64,000 bases of DNA, taken from assembly GCF_037042905.1 (NCBI RefSeq), contig NC_087258.1, forward strand, positions 20,088,001-20,152,000, read 5' to 3'. Position numbers and translations under genes: made by a program. The notes below the pieces were generated by a model. That model saw only the letters and a program-made list of their open reading frames with translations. It did no database searches and was not told where the DNA came from. Shown one piece after another: positions 1-11,957 of this stretch; the stretch's first letter is position 1, and every line of letters begins with the position of its first letter. The DNA comes from Lytechinus pictus. Lineage: Eukaryota.

Positions 1-317
1 TGTTCATTAGAGTTGATAATGTTATTACATGCCAAATTAATGATATCTGTCTAATATCAAAATGTCACATATCAATTCGTAATTGTGTACTGAATGAACC
101 CATATCACAGAAATAAAACAAAAACCTTGTGACCTATAGATGACAACTTTGTATGCGTCTCATCATTTCGTTCACTCTCCATTTTTTTTATTTGTAAAGT
201 TATTGTGGCATAGATTGCAAAGAGAGCTTGCAGGATAAAATTCGTTTCTCATATTCATACTTTAAAAAAAGTTTAATCGTCATCATGCTGAAGAACGTAG
301 AAAGACAAATGACCAGA

Positions 318-669
318 CAATTCGGTGGATTCACAATATGGTGGCGCCATCTATCTGCCTCAGCGAACAGGCCACGTTTGTAACTTCGGGGTCGACATCG
401 CGCGCAGGCAGCGCACAGTGCTAGCGAGTGCTAGTTGTGCTGTCACGTGACTGTGATGCTTCAAAGTGAAAACCTTGTGGCAAGAATTCACCAAAAACGG
501 TCTAAATTTCGCAAAGAAATTTGCAGGCAAATTTTTCTCCAACCTCCTGGACCGTAGTAAACGGCATGTTCGGTAGAACCGCGTCGGCCAGCGCATTCAG
601 TACGAGCGAATTTCGGCCTGTCCGCTACAACCGACAGATGGCGTACCATATTGTGAATCCACCGAATTG
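318..669. mobile_element. MITE-like element with ~35-bp terminal inverted repeats
   Basis: CAATTCGGTGGATTCACAATATGGT at 318 is the exact reverse complement of ACCATATTGTGAATCCACCGAATTG ending at 669, and the match extends inward through CGCCATCT/AGATGGCG. The interior is GC-richer and non-coding. The outer AATT could be a 4-bp TSD. Confidence 0.7.
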
Positions 670-1292
670 AACTTGTATTATCACTATTAAAGGGAATATC
701 AAGATTTGAGATAGAGCCAGTGACTATAAACTTATCACTTCATATAAGAGTTTATTACCCTTTGAAGAAGGCTACATGTATATGTTATTACATTTAGACG
801 ACTATGCATCGTTCAATACAATATTACGTATATTCTATACAAGATCGTTCACTTCAGAAAAACAGTGAATTGTAAACAAATGCATGGTACTCTTATTCTG
901 TTGGGTAAAACCGCGGTAAAGTCGAAGATTTATTTCGAAGAGCCTGACGCAATTTGAGATTTTCACCGTCTTGCACGTGATCTTCTTTTTCAAACAGCAG
1001 AATTTAACGAGTCCATTTCCGATTTTATTTAAAATGTTCTTCATTGTTTTCTTCCTATCATTTTCCCTTCCACACAAATAATGTCATTACTACGAGTCAT
1101 TTAAAAAAAATGCTAAAGCACGTACTAATAGGCTTCATGAATGGTCCTTATTTCTTGAGAACAACTCGAAGTTTTGCGAAACTGTTCTTTGACAAGGGGT
1201 TCAGCTAGAAAAGGAAAAATCTAAGTACTTGAATTTCTGTTGACATTATTCGAAATATTGTGAGGAGTGCATCGCGAACGAATGAATTCACC

Positions 1293-2264
1293 TTAGCGAA
1301 CAAACTTGTTAGATGCATCCCGAAATATTTTGAGGAAGGCTTGGCGAAACTCTTTGTCTCTATGATGGTATATAAAGGGATTGAGTGCAGCAGCGACAGC
1401 CACTTCAAACAGGAAAACGAGATTCAGATACACCATGAAATCATCATCTGCTAACGCTGTTACTTGTAGACTGAAAAATAGGATATACGGATACCAAAGG
1501 AATACAAGGACAGCGACTATGATCCCGGTTGTCTTGGCCGCTTTGAGCCTGCGCCCGATCTCTTCCCGTTCAACGCGGTTGTTCTGACCGCTTCTTAATT
1601 CATTTTCTATCGCTCTTGCTTGCTTGACAGCAATGCGCATTATGAGGAGATTTGAAGTGACCAACAGCAGCAGCGTAATGATCAGGAAAGTGACGATGAA
1701 CCACGTGTGGATTACGAACCCAAGGTTATGACGCTGCGCTCTTGCACCGCCGACAGCTTTCGGAATTCCACAGACTTCTATGTAACTGCAGATTGCGGCA
1801 TCACTCAAGCAGATTGTCCAAATGGATGCTACGACGTAGCCCGCGCGTTTATTGGTCACCAACGTGGGGTATTGAAGCGGTTTTGTTACGGCGATATACC
1901 GATCTACCGTCAACGCGACAATGTGGAGCATTGTACTTCCAGATAACATGAACAGCGGTATCCGTAGCAATTGCGCCGTAGAAGGAAACCACGGATACAT
2001 CCCGAAAGCCATTGGGTATGAATCCAGCGCAACTGCCACGCTTGTAACCATATCATTCACTGCCAGACTTGACAATATGAAGTTTGTCGGAGTTCGGAGA
2101 TTGTAGTTCTTGTAAACGGCCATCACGACAAACAAGTTTCCAATTAATATGAATGGTGCGAGCACGGCAGAAACTGTTAACATCAACGCAAAGGAAATTC
2201 CATTTTCCTGCGAGTATTGGTTGTTGGTGAAATTCATCATGTCTAACTCATTTTTTTTAATCAT
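1293..2264 (-). CDS. Intronless rhodopsin-class (class A) GPCR, divergent from the tandem cluster
   Basis: 323-aa ORF with seven hydrophobic segments, GN (TM1), LRTPTN, LAVND (TM2), DRY (TM3), W-x-P (TM6), NPFIY (TM7) and helix-8 EFRQAF. N-terminal sequon NFT. The true start may be the MMNFT methionines. Confidence 0.93.
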   Translation of the reverse strand: MIKKNELDMMNFTNNQYSQENGISFALMLTVSAVLAPFILIGNLFVVMAVYKNYNLRTPTNFILSSLAVNDMVTSVAVALDSYPMAFGMYPWFPSTAQLLRIPLFMLSGSTMLHIVALTVDRYIAVTKPLQYPTLVTNKRAGYVVASIWTICLSDAAICSYIEVCGIPKAVGGARAQRHNLGFVIHTWFIVTFLIITLLLLVTSNLLIMRIAVKQARAIENELRSGQNNRVEREEIGRRLKAAKTTGIIVAVLVFLWYPYILFFSLQVTALADDDFMVYLNLVFLFEVAVAAALNPFIYHHRDKEFRQAFLKIFRDASNKFVR

Positions 2265-3637
2265 CTAATGACTTAAATCGTAGTTCAGATTATTCTTGTT
2301 CTTTTGCGAATTGTACTCGTATTAAGCCAAATCAATCTTGCGAAAGACCGTTACGATCTTCATCTGCGGATTTCATGGTTCTGATAGTAAAAAAGAAGGT
2401 CCACCGATTTTCGTTTTAAACTGACACTTTTTAAACACGTCGGCAGACTAGCGATATATCAGCGCCCACAGTAGTTCCTGCAGAAACTAGCAGTGTTGGT
2501 CTTAAACGAGCGTGTCCTGCCGCTGCAAAATCTGTTGTTTGATTATTTTGACGAATAATCAAAGAGCAAGCCAAATTGATGATCACTGATGGACGATTTT
2601 CGTCACACTCATCCTTTGGACCAAAAACAGTGTATTCGTCTTTGACGCGTCTTTCACACATTTCTCGCTATACCGTTACTCTGACAATTAATGATGTTTT
2701 ACCTGTCAGGAATATTTGATAGTGGCCTATTAATGGATTTTCATTAAGCAGGGCCTAATTGACAGATTGCAATCCACGCCACAATACATTCATGATGAAA
2801 CACAATATGCTTCGTACTCTCACCGTAAATCACAAAAGCTGGAAGTTGATCTTTGAGCTTGTGTTGTAAAATTGGAGCGTGTAGAACCAGAAATAATCAA
2901 AACATTCATTATGTTGTAATGCATATTATCATTCTTTTTGCGTTGCTTCTCTTTCCCTTTCATTACTTCGCCCACCTTCTAATATTTTTGAATATTTTCG
3001 TATTGTCTCACTTTTACATGTTTTTAATGTTCACGGACTTGCTGAAAAGCAGTCTGTTATGACTGAATGTAAGTTTTACCGTGATTAAATAAATACAATA
3101 CAATACAATACAATACCTTCGATCTCTGTTTTCTCACTATATTTTACTTCTTTCTTTTCGTTCTTACATGGTCTCTTTCATCCTTTCTCTTCAGATAGCT
3201 TTCAGCCGTATTTAATTTCACCCGTTTTGAATTCTTTGCCCTTATGGATAAATTATTTGCCAATTCCTTTTCATGTTGTATTGTAATACATACTTATTTC
3301 TATATCCTTCAATGTTTGATATTGTATAATTTATACACATTTAGTGTTTAATTAATACTTTATATTATTGTATATGTCCTGCCAGTGCTGAGTACAAATG
3401 TCTATGTTTTGAATTTGGATCTGAATCTGAGATCTCCAACTGGCGGCAAATATGTCTAGATGTTTTGCCATAAGAATAAATTAGTTATCTGATAATGAAA
3501 ATGCACCATGTCTACATCTTATGGAGATGACAGACGAATGCGCGACTTCCATGCATTTTTTAAAGCAAATGTACTACAAACAAAACTACACAATATACTT
3601 GTAAACGACACAGACTATTCAAGTGTAAAGGCTTTTT

Positions 3638-3803
3638 NNNNNNNNNNNNNNNNNNNNNNNNNNNNNNNNNNNNNNNNNNNNNNNNNNNNNNNNNNNNNNN
3701 NNNNNNNNNNNNNNNNNNNNNNNNNNNNNNNNNNNNNNNNNNNNNNNNNNNNNNNNNNNNNNNNNNNNNNNNNNNNNNNNNNNNNNNNNNNNNNNNNNNN
3801 NNN
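3638..3803. other. Assembly gap (N run)
   Basis: Run of N characters. Confidence 1.
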
Positions 3804-3903
3804 GTAATGAAAAGTATTTCACGAATTTTCATTACGGAGTTTTTATTTCTTTTTGAATTGTTTATTGGACCAACTCCGAGCAGAACATTTCCACTTTGTT
3901 TAT

Positions 3904-3939
<36 letters not shown>

Positions 3940-4764
3940 GAAGAGCTCACTTGCAAAGGGATTAGGTCCATTTTTCATCAAATTTGATTTTTTTTTTGTC
4001 TCAATGTATAGATTTTTAGTAGTTTTATAAGATGATATCAAAGAAAAGTTGAAATTCCTATTTAAAATTGATCAAAAATGGCAAAGAAAAATCACTTTTT
4101 TTTCAAAAAGGGGTTAGGTCCGTTTCAGTTTAGTTGCAAAAGGGATTAGGTCCACACCGAAATTTTTTTTGGAAAATAATATTTTAAAAAATATGAAGAA
4201 AGGTAGATTTCTTTTATTTCTTTTATACCCAATTTTATGTTGTCATGGAGGGAATCTTTAAAATTTAGTTTCGCATAAGAATATGCAATATAGCAGAATA
4301 AAAAAAAAAAAATTTCTTAGAGTGGACCAAAGCCCTTTTGCAAACAAACTCTTCTGAAGAGCTCATTTGTCAAAAGGGGTTAGGTCCATTGTTCATAAAT
4401 TTTATTGTTTTCTGTCTCAAAACCTCTAAATTTTTAGTTGTTTTGATGAAAACAAAGAAAATTTGAAATTTACATGAAAACGTGAAAGAAGTGGCAAAGA
4501 AAAATCACTTTTTTAATCAAAATAGATTGGATTCATTTCAGTTTACTTGCAAAAGGGCTTAGGTCCACAATGATAATTTTTAAAAGAATTTATAGAGAAA
4601 AATTGAAGACAGGTAGATTTCTTTTATACCCAATTTTATGTTCACATGATAGGGTAGTACATCATGACAATTTAGTTTCTCATAAGAATATTGCAGCAAG
4701 TGAGAATAAAAAAACATGGTTTTGGTCCAAAGTGGACCTAAGCCCTTTTGCAACTAAACTCTTC
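3940..4764. mobile_element. Head-to-tail dimer of related ~410-bp MITEs (3940-4354 and 4356-4764) inside a (TA)n tract
   Basis: Each unit starts GAAGAGCTCA...AAAGGG.TTAGGTCC and ends GGACC.AAGCCCTTTTGCAA...CTCTTC (imperfect TIRs). The units are colinear but diverged. (TA)n flanks both outer ends. Confidence 0.7.
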
Positions 4765-5683
4765 ATATATATATATATATATATATATCGGGGATAGCTG
4801 GGATCATGAGGCGGAGAAGAGAGTGAGATAGAGACAGAAAAGAGTGCATGAGAGAGAGAGAGAGATAGGCAAGAAAGAAAAGAAGAGAAAACGGGTGAAA
4901 CGTATTTGAAATTAATAGTCAGATTAAAATATAATCCGATAAGAATGGTTCATCGTTTTAATTGGTTGTTTGAAGACAGGGAAAACGTCTAGACTGTTCA
5001 TTCTTCATCTCGAACTCAGTAATAAAGATTGATTCTGCTGAGTGCACTTGTCACGCCATTACCAGTAGAGGCTAGCCAATAATTTGGTTTCTATGCCATT
5101 CTTCTCCCGTCTACCACTAAACAGGTACAGCGCCTCTTTGATTCCTTTTGGCCTTGCTTGTCCTTCTGTATCGACATCATAAAAAAGTGTGGTATATTTT
5201 CTTCATCTCGACGTATTGCTATTGCTCTGATCTAGCAGCTTGAATAGGAAAAGCCTGTGTGACTTTGGAGATTATTTGAGACAATCAAACACGAGCAAAC
5301 TTTGATATTTCCTGACAAAATTGTCAAGATCAAACGCTCCAAATTGATATCGTCATGAAGCAGACCGTCTACTAAGTTGTGAAACTTTGCAATATTACCC
5401 AGTTTAATAAAATATTCTCGTAAGCTGCCTAAGAAATTTATTCTTAATCGTAATGTTGTCTACCATTCTAGATATGACAGATGTGCTAAACTTGAAAGGG
5501 TCTCTAAGTTCAGTCTCAATTATCGACATTTCCGTATTCATTTTGAACTTCTTAAAGGAGATTGGTAATTGGATTGGTTGGAGAGCAAGCAAGCAAGCAG
5601 GCCATGTTATGCACAGACTGGCGATCTTTAAAGAACACCAATGCATCTACACAACCAGAACTGTGACTGCATCTCATCTAGAC

Positions 5684-6826
5684 TGTAGGATCTTATTCAA
5701 AGTTAGATAACCCTTTTGTTAAAGTCCATGTTTTGTTAAACTCTTTTGTTAAACTCCATGTACAGATGTGGACTGCATACCTTAGTAACTGAACTATAGG
5801 CATGATAGGTTGCCTGGTATTTCAACAGGCTGGGTTGTCATAATAAGTAGACTATAGGTTAACAGGTGTGTAGGATGACAGACTCTTTGTGTTACATATT
5901 TCTGTTCGGTGTGCTGGCAAGAAAAGCCAAGCCAGCTCACTCTGACTTCTGATTTTGGAGAGGAAGGTCCGTTTTGGGGTGTTTCCTAACCAAGGAAAAG
6001 GGCGTGTGCCACAGTGCGGGCAGGTTCCTTTCTACTCATGCCGAATTGTAAGTAATGTTTGGTTTATATGGTTTTAATGTTAATACAATTCTTATGCTTA
6101 ATATGGCATGTCTGTTTTCGGAAAGAAAGATAGATTTACATATATATATTCTGCTCATTTTGTCAACCTAGGGTCAACCCAGGGTTAATGTAGAGTCAAC
6201 GTACGTAGGTCAGGGTAGCACCTATACCCGCTATGTCAAGGTCATGAGTCACAGAGGGGAATGACTCACTTCAGTCAGCCGAAGCTTCTGTTCGTCGGAC
6301 TCGACCATAATTCTTCCTAGTTATAGAGCTTCAACTCAACTATGGTTCTTCGTTCTTCAAGGACACGTGTCTTCGCTGATGTGCGTCGCGTTTTCATCGT
6401 CCCATAATTGTTCTTCGTTGTCGTCGATCATCGACATGTTCTTCGTCGTAATCGTCGCCTCTTCGTAGTCGCCGTGGTTTGTCGATCTCTTCTGTTTTTC
6501 GAACTCCACTTTACCCGATTAAGACTTTCGGTAACATAATTTAAAGGCCTATTTTTAGATCGATCTCTTCCCATAAACAATCGATGATGATTATATTCCT
6601 CTTATGCATATATGGCATTTTATGATTTTTTATATGCAAAGATTTATTGAATATCCATTTGCCAATATACTTATGTTCTCAACGATTCAATGTTAATGGC
6701 TTATTATATTTTATGACATTAAATTGATCACTTCATTTATATCTTGAATATCCTTTGGTCTTTTATTCAGGGTGGTTAAGTAGCCTGTAGATTAATGAGT
6801 TAATTAGAGCAGTTTCGCTCGTGACA
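5684..6826 (+). repeat. 5' LTR of the Gmr1-like element
   Basis: TGTAGGATCT...CTCGTGACA, a direct repeat of 11958-13100. Only three substitutions were noticed by eye. Confidence 0.97.
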
Positions 6827-6828
6827 TT

Positions 6829-6845
6829 TGGGGGCTTGTCCGGGA
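6829..6845 (+). promoter_or_regulatory. Primer binding site, tRNA-Pro type
   Basis: TGGGGGCTTGTCCGGGA lies 2 nt after the LTR. It matches the tRNA-Pro PBS TGGGGGCTCGTCCGGGA with one wobble-compatible change. Confidence 0.85.
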
Positions 6846-7185
6846 AGGTACTTAGCTGTAAAATTCCTAGTTAAAGTCAAGGATTATTCATGTTGAAGGG
6901 AAATAGTTAACTGTCATATTCCTATAAATTTTCAAGGCTTATTGATGTTGAAATTTGCGAGTGTAACATGTATGTTCATGAGATGTGTTTATTGGTTTTG
7001 TCCTTCTGATTAGGTATTTCAGATCAGTGACATTTGTGACGGTTTGAGGAGACGGGAACTCTCGCACTGTGGTTGCAAGCTTCTGGCACAAGCAAGTGAC
7101 ATTGGGATATTGGTAAGAGAAAGCAAATTCTAAACAAAGAGTCTGTTAACCTAACATATCTATTTCTAACAGTTTAGGATCAACC

Positions 7186-10100
7186 ATGGATTCAAATTTG
7201 TTTGAGTTAGGGAGAGAGTTAGGCTTTACAGGTCAAGACCTTTTGTCATTTGTTGAACAGAGAGAAAAATTAGCTCGAGATGAGCGACATGCAGCTAGGG
7301 AAGATAGGCAACAACAGATCGAGTTACAAAAACAAGAGGGAATGTTATTAGATAAGAAACTTGAATTAGCTCGTATCCAGAGTAGTTCTGAAGTAGGAAG
7401 TAGTGACGGTGACCGTCGTTCTTTGGCCCCTTCCCCTAAACTCCCTCCTTTCACGGAAGGAAAGGATAGTATGGATGCATATCTTAATAGATTTGAACGC
7501 TATGCTGAAAATCAGGGTTGGCCACAGACTAGCTGGGCCATAAGTCTTAGTGCTTTACTTCGTGGTAAGTCGTTAGATGTGTACTCAAGGTTGTCAGCTG
7601 ATCAGGCAAAAGATTATGCAACACTGAAGGATGCTTTGTTGAAGAGATTTGAACTCACGGCAGATGATTTCCGTAAGAAGTTCAGATTTTCTAATCCCGA
7701 GGTAGGAGAGACTCCTAGTCAGTTTGTTGTGAGGTTGTCCCATTATTTAGATAAGTGGATAGAATTGTCTGAAGCTCAGCACTCATATGATGGTATTGTA
7801 CAATTACTTCTAATGCAGCAAGTCTTAGAAAAAGGAGGTCAAGCACTAGCATTATTTCTAAAAGAAAGAAAACCAAAATCTGCAGATGAAATGGCAGGTC
7901 TGGCAGATACATTTGTTGAGGCACATGGGGGTCACTATGGAGTACCTAAAAAGAACTCCCCCTTGAACCATAAGAGTAAACCTAAGGGTAGTACTGCGGT
8001 ATCCAATGCGCCAATTGCTGAGAACAAGGTTAAGGGTGAACAATCAGGCCATCGTAGGAAGGGTCCATGCTTTGTTTGTAACAAAATGGGTCATTTTGCG
8101 CAAGATTGTAATGTTAGACTCCAAGGCGCGAGTTTAGTTAGTTCTCAGAAGCCACCAATAGGTAAGCGTAGGAACCAAAAGAATCAGTTAAGAGAAACTC
8201 AGGAAGATTTAGTAGGGAAACAGACATCAGGTAGTTGTCCCACTTGTAGTTCTTCTGGGTCTCAGGAAACTCAGATCACTGACAGTATAGAGTTAGGAGA
8301 GTTCTTAGTGTCTTCTGCTGAGTATATTGAATCTCCTTCTAAAGAAATTCTAGAGATAGAAAAGCATAGGGAAGTCACTAGTATGTGTGCTACTTGTAAG
8401 CGTCGTTGGCATGATAAGCTTCCAGTTAGGAATGGAAAACTTGAATCACATGATGTGAGTGTCCTTAGGGATACAGGTTGTTCAGGTGTAATCGTGAAGA
8501 AGTCACTGGTATTGCCAGAACAGTTTACTGGTCAGTCTAAGTGGTGTGTCTTAATTGACCAAACAATTAGGAAGTTCCCAATAGCTAGGGTCAACATTGA
8601 TTCTCCTTGGTCTGTTGGCAAGGTAGAAGCTTTGTGCGTAGAGACGCCTGTATTTGACGTAGTTCTTGGTGAAATTGACAATGTGAGACCAGCAAAGGAT
8701 CCAATTCCAGATTGGAAACCTGGTCAACCATGCAAGTCGCATGACAATGTGAACATGGCAGTTCAGACTCTAGCTCAAGTTCGTGAAGCTCAGCGGCCAC
8801 GGCCGACTTTGAAGGTTCCGTCAGCCATACCTGATGTTTCTTCAGAAGATATCAAAGAGGCTCAGATGGCTGACCCAACGCTAAAGAAAGCGATGGAGTA
8901 TGCTAGTTTGAATAGTAAAGATCGTGAAGATAGTGAAATTTCAGGACATAGTTCATATTTTGTCTTTGATGGTGGATTGTTACACAGGGTTTTTCAACCA
9001 AAGTCTGTGCTTAGTGGTAATGAAGTTAGGCAGTTAGTTGTTCCTAAACCTTATAGGCAAGCTGTGTTGAAGTTAGCTCATGAGAGTATAATGGGGGGTC
9101 ACCAAGGTGTAAAGAAAGTAACTGATAAGGTCTTAGCTAATTTCTATTGGCCTGGTGTCCAAGCAGATATTACTCGGTATTGTAGGTCTTGCGATATCTG
9201 TCAGCGAACAGTCCCCAAGGGCAGAATTCCTAAGGTCCCTCTAGGCAAGATGCCTGTGATAGATGTTCCTTTTCTTAGAGTAGCTGTCGATTTGGTAGGC
9301 CCAATTAAACCAGTAACTGCTAGAAAGAACATGTATATTCTCACAATAGTAGACTATGCAACCCGCTATCCTGAGGCGGTTGCATTGGCAAACATTGAGA
9401 CTAGTACAGTAGCTGAAGCTATGGTAGAGGTCTTTTGTAGAGTTGGGGTTCCCCAAGAGATTCTATCGGATCGTGGTACCCAATTTACCTCGGAGATGAT
9501 GCGAGAAGTAGGGAGGTTATTGTCGATTCGACAGTTAACAACCACACCCTACCACCCCGCTTGTAACGGGTTAGTTGAGAGGTTTAATCAAACACTTAAG
9601 CAGATCTTGAAGAGAGTATGTGCAGACCGTCCAAGTGATTGGGACCGGTACTTGGCACCTGTTCTATTTGCGTACAGAGCAGCCCCTCAGGCTTCACTTG
9701 GCTTCTCGCCTTTCGAACTCTTGTATGGCAGACAGGTTCGAGGTCCTCTTAAGATACTTAAGGAACTTTGGAGTGGTCAGGCTAATGATTCTGAATTGAA
9801 GACTACATATCAGTACATTGTTGATCTTAAGGATAGGCTTGAGAGTACCATGGAAGTAGCACAGGAAGAGTTAAGTAAGTCAACCTCGCGAAATATGAGA
9901 TACTATAATGCCAAGAGTAGGGTTAGGAAGTTTGTTGCCGGAGATAAGGTTCTGCTTCTCCTTCCATCAGATCACAACAAATTGCTGTTACAATGGAAGG
10001 GTCCTTTCAAGGTAGTCCATAAATTGAGTGATCTTGATTATCGTCTCGACATGAACGGAAAAGTGAAAACCTTTCATGCTAATCTCTTAAAGAGATACAT

Positions 10101-11688
10101 TGACCGGGCAGAAAGGCCTGATGTTCCTTCGTCTGTTGACAAGTCTGAGGAAGATACCACTTCTGCTGGAGCTTTAGAGGTAGTTGTTGGAGCTTCAGTT
10201 ATAGATGGGTATGAGGATACTAGTCAAGAGACCCCCTCTATTCCAAGTAGTATAAGGATAGGTATCCCAGTGTTAGAAGCACAGGAAACCATTGATGATG
10301 TTGAACTTGGTTCTGATTTGTCGACTCAACAGAGACACGAAGTTAGTTCTCTACTTGAGGATTTTCCGGATGTGATGACTGATGTGCCAGGTAAAACACT
10401 TTTAGGCAGTCATTCTATTCGTTTGACTTCTGCTGATCCCATTCGACAAAGACCATATCCCGTCCCACATGCACTTCGTTCTGTGATACAGGATGAGACA
10501 GAGAAGATGGTCAAAATGGGAGTGATAGAGAAGTCAAATTCACCTTATTCGTCCCCAATAGTCATAGTAAAGAAATCAGATGGCAGCAATCGTTTCTGTA
10601 TAGATTTCCGTAGACTGAATCGCATCACAATATTTGATGCAGAACCTTTGCCAAGTGCAGATGAAATCTTCGCTAGTCTTTCTGGATCTTGTTACTTTTC
10701 TAAGGTGGACTTAAGCAAAGGCTACTGGCAAATCCCTTTGTCAGAAGATGCCAAAGCAAAGACAGCTTTTCAGAGTCCAAGTGGATTGTTCCAGTTTCGT
10801 GTCATGCCGTTTGGTTTGGTCAATGCACCTGCCACTTTTAGCAGGGTCATGAGGTCTTTGTTGGCAGACATGAAACACGTCACTAATTATCTGGATGACA
10901 TTCTCATTCATACTTCGACTTGGTCAGAACACATATCTACCTTGTATGAGCTTTTGGGAAGATTGCGAGCAGCAGGGCTCACTGCTCGACCCAGCAAGTG
11001 CCAACTCGGTTGCACAAAGGTAGAATTCTTAGGGCATATTGTCCAAGCAGGTAAGATCCAACCCATGTTGGATAAGGTAGAGAAGATCCGTGATGCTAAG
11101 AAGCCTGAAACTAAGAAGCAGCTTCGTGCATTCATCGGATTAGCCAGCTATTACCGGCGCTTTATCCCAAATTTTGCGTCGAAAGCATCACGTCTGACAG
11201 ACAAGACAAGGAACCGGGAGCCTAACCAGTTGAAATGGACTGCTGAAGAAGAGGCCGCCTTCAAAGTTTTGAAGGAAAGTCTCACACAGAGCCCCATCCT
11301 TTGTCTGCCTGATGTTCAGAAGAAGTTCATTTTAAGAACAGATGCATCTTCTACTGGACTTGGTGCTGTACTCCTTCAGGAGCATGATGGAGAGAAACAG
11401 CCTGTTGCTTATGCAAGTCGCAAGCTTCTTCCGCGTGAACAAGCCTACTCGACTATTGAGCGTGAATGTCTCGGATTGGTATGGGGAATAAGTAAATTCC
11501 GTGTTTACCTTGAAGGTACAGACTTTGTCCTTGAAACAGACCACAAACCACTTCTATACCTCAATCGAGCAAAATGTATCAACAGTAGGGTAATGAGGTG
11601 GGCCCTTTCCCTCCAGCCATTTCGCTACCGCATTGAGGCAATTCGCGGCTCCGAGAACGTAGGAGCAGACTTTCTCAGTAGGTTGTAA
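7186..11688 (+). CDS. Gag-Pol polyprotein, domain order Gag-ZnK-PR-IN-RT-RNaseH
   Basis: CCHC knuckle CFVCNKMGHFAQDC; protease LRDTGCS; integrase HHCC (HESIMGGH...CRSCDIC) and DDE (VAVDLVG, SDRGTQF, NGLVERFN) plus a GPF motif; then RT (FCIDFRRLN, MPFGL, YLDD) and RNase H (TDAS, ERECL, TDHKPL, ADFLSR). Confidence 0.97.
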   Translation: MDSNLFELGRELGFTGQDLLSFVEQREKLARDERHAAREDRQQQIELQKQEGMLLDKKLELARIQSSSEVGSSDGDRRSLAPSPKLPPFTEGKDSMDAYLNRFERYAENQGWPQTSWAISLSALLRGKSLDVYSRLSADQAKDYATLKDALLKRFELTADDFRKKFRFSNPEVGETPSQFVVRLSHYLDKWIELSEAQHSYDGIVQLLLMQQVLEKGGQALALFLKERKPKSADEMAGLADTFVEAHGGHYGVPKKNSPLNHKSKPKGSTAVSNAPIAENKVKGEQSGHRRKGPCFVCNKMGHFAQDCNVRLQGASLVSSQKPPIGKRRNQKNQLRETQEDLVGKQTSGSCPTCSSSGSQETQITDSIELGEFLVSSAEYIESPSKEILEIEKHREVTSMCATCKRRWHDKLPVRNGKLESHDVSVLRDTGCSGVIVKKSLVLPEQFTGQSKWCVLIDQTIRKFPIARVNIDSPWSVGKVEALCVETPVFDVVLGEIDNVRPAKDPIPDWKPGQPCKSHDNVNMAVQTLAQVREAQRPRPTLKVPSAIPDVSSEDIKEAQMADPTLKKAMEYASLNSKDREDSEISGHSSYFVFDGGLLHRVFQPKSVLSGNEVRQLVVPKPYRQAVLKLAHESIMGGHQGVKKVTDKVLANFYWPGVQADITRYCRSCDICQRTVPKGRIPKVPLGKMPVIDVPFLRVAVDLVGPIKPVTARKNMYILTIVDYATRYPEAVALANIETSTVAEAMVEVFCRVGVPQEILSDRGTQFTSEMMREVGRLLSIRQLTTTPYHPACNGLVERFNQTLKQILKRVCADRPSDWDRYLAPVLFAYRAAPQASLGFSPFELLYGRQVRGPLKILKELWSGQANDSELKTTYQYIVDLKDRLESTMEVAQEELSKSTSRNMRYYNAKSRVRKFVAGDKVLLLLPSDHNKLLLQWKGPFKVVHKLSDLDYRLDMNGKVKTFHANLLKRYIDRAERPDVPSSVDKSEEDTTSAGALEVVVGASVIDGYEDTSQETPSIPSSIRIGIPVLEAQETIDDVELGSDLSTQQRHEVSSLLEDFPDVMTDVPGKTLLGSHSIRLTSADPIRQRPYPVPHALRSVIQDETEKMVKMGVIEKSNSPYSSPIVIVKKSDGSNRFCIDFRRLNRITIFDAEPLPSADEIFASLSGSCYFSKVDLSKGYWQIPLSEDAKAKTAFQSPSGLFQFRVMPFGLVNAPATFSRVMRSLLADMKHVTNYLDDILIHTSTWSEHISTLYELLGRLRAAGLTARPSKCQLGCTKVEFLGHIVQAGKIQPMLDKVEKIRDAKKPETKKQLRAFIGLASYYRRFIPNFASKASRLTDKTRNREPNQLKWTAEEEAAFKVLKESLTQSPILCLPDVQKKFILRTDASSTGLGAVLLQEHDGEKQPVAYASRKLLPREQAYSTIERECLGLVWGISKFRVYLEGTDFVLETDHKPLLYLNRAKCINSRVMRWALSLQPFRYRIEAIRGSENVGADFLSRL

Positions 11689-11957
11689 GAAAAAAGGCAC
11701 CGAATATTGAAATGCATGCAATTTAAAAGATTGAAAATTGTATTGCAAAATAAAACTGATTTAATTTGATTTAAATTTGGAAAACATTTAAGTCGATTCT
11801 TTATACACCTAAACCAAGATAGTAAATTACTGTGCTATATAGTGAGCATATTAATATTTCACATTTATCCTGCGAATCATATATTTTTACACATTGAATA
11901 AGATTAAACTCATTTCTGGAAGAAAATCAGAGCATTTTCTTTAAATTGGGGAGTAAT

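Noticed and set aside
1205-2106. Short ORFs overlapping the GPCRs, polyprotein and repeats, here and throughout the window
   Set aside because: Antisense or alternate-frame shadows and microsatellite translations; they recur only because the underlying DNA is duplicated.
3508-3832. ORFs spanning N runs (also 30836-31193)
   Set aside because: Artefacts of assembly gaps.
7186-11688. Ty1/copia classification from the IN-before-RT order
   Set aside because: RT, RNase H and integrase motifs (MPFGL, YLDD, TDAS, GPF) are Gypsy-type.
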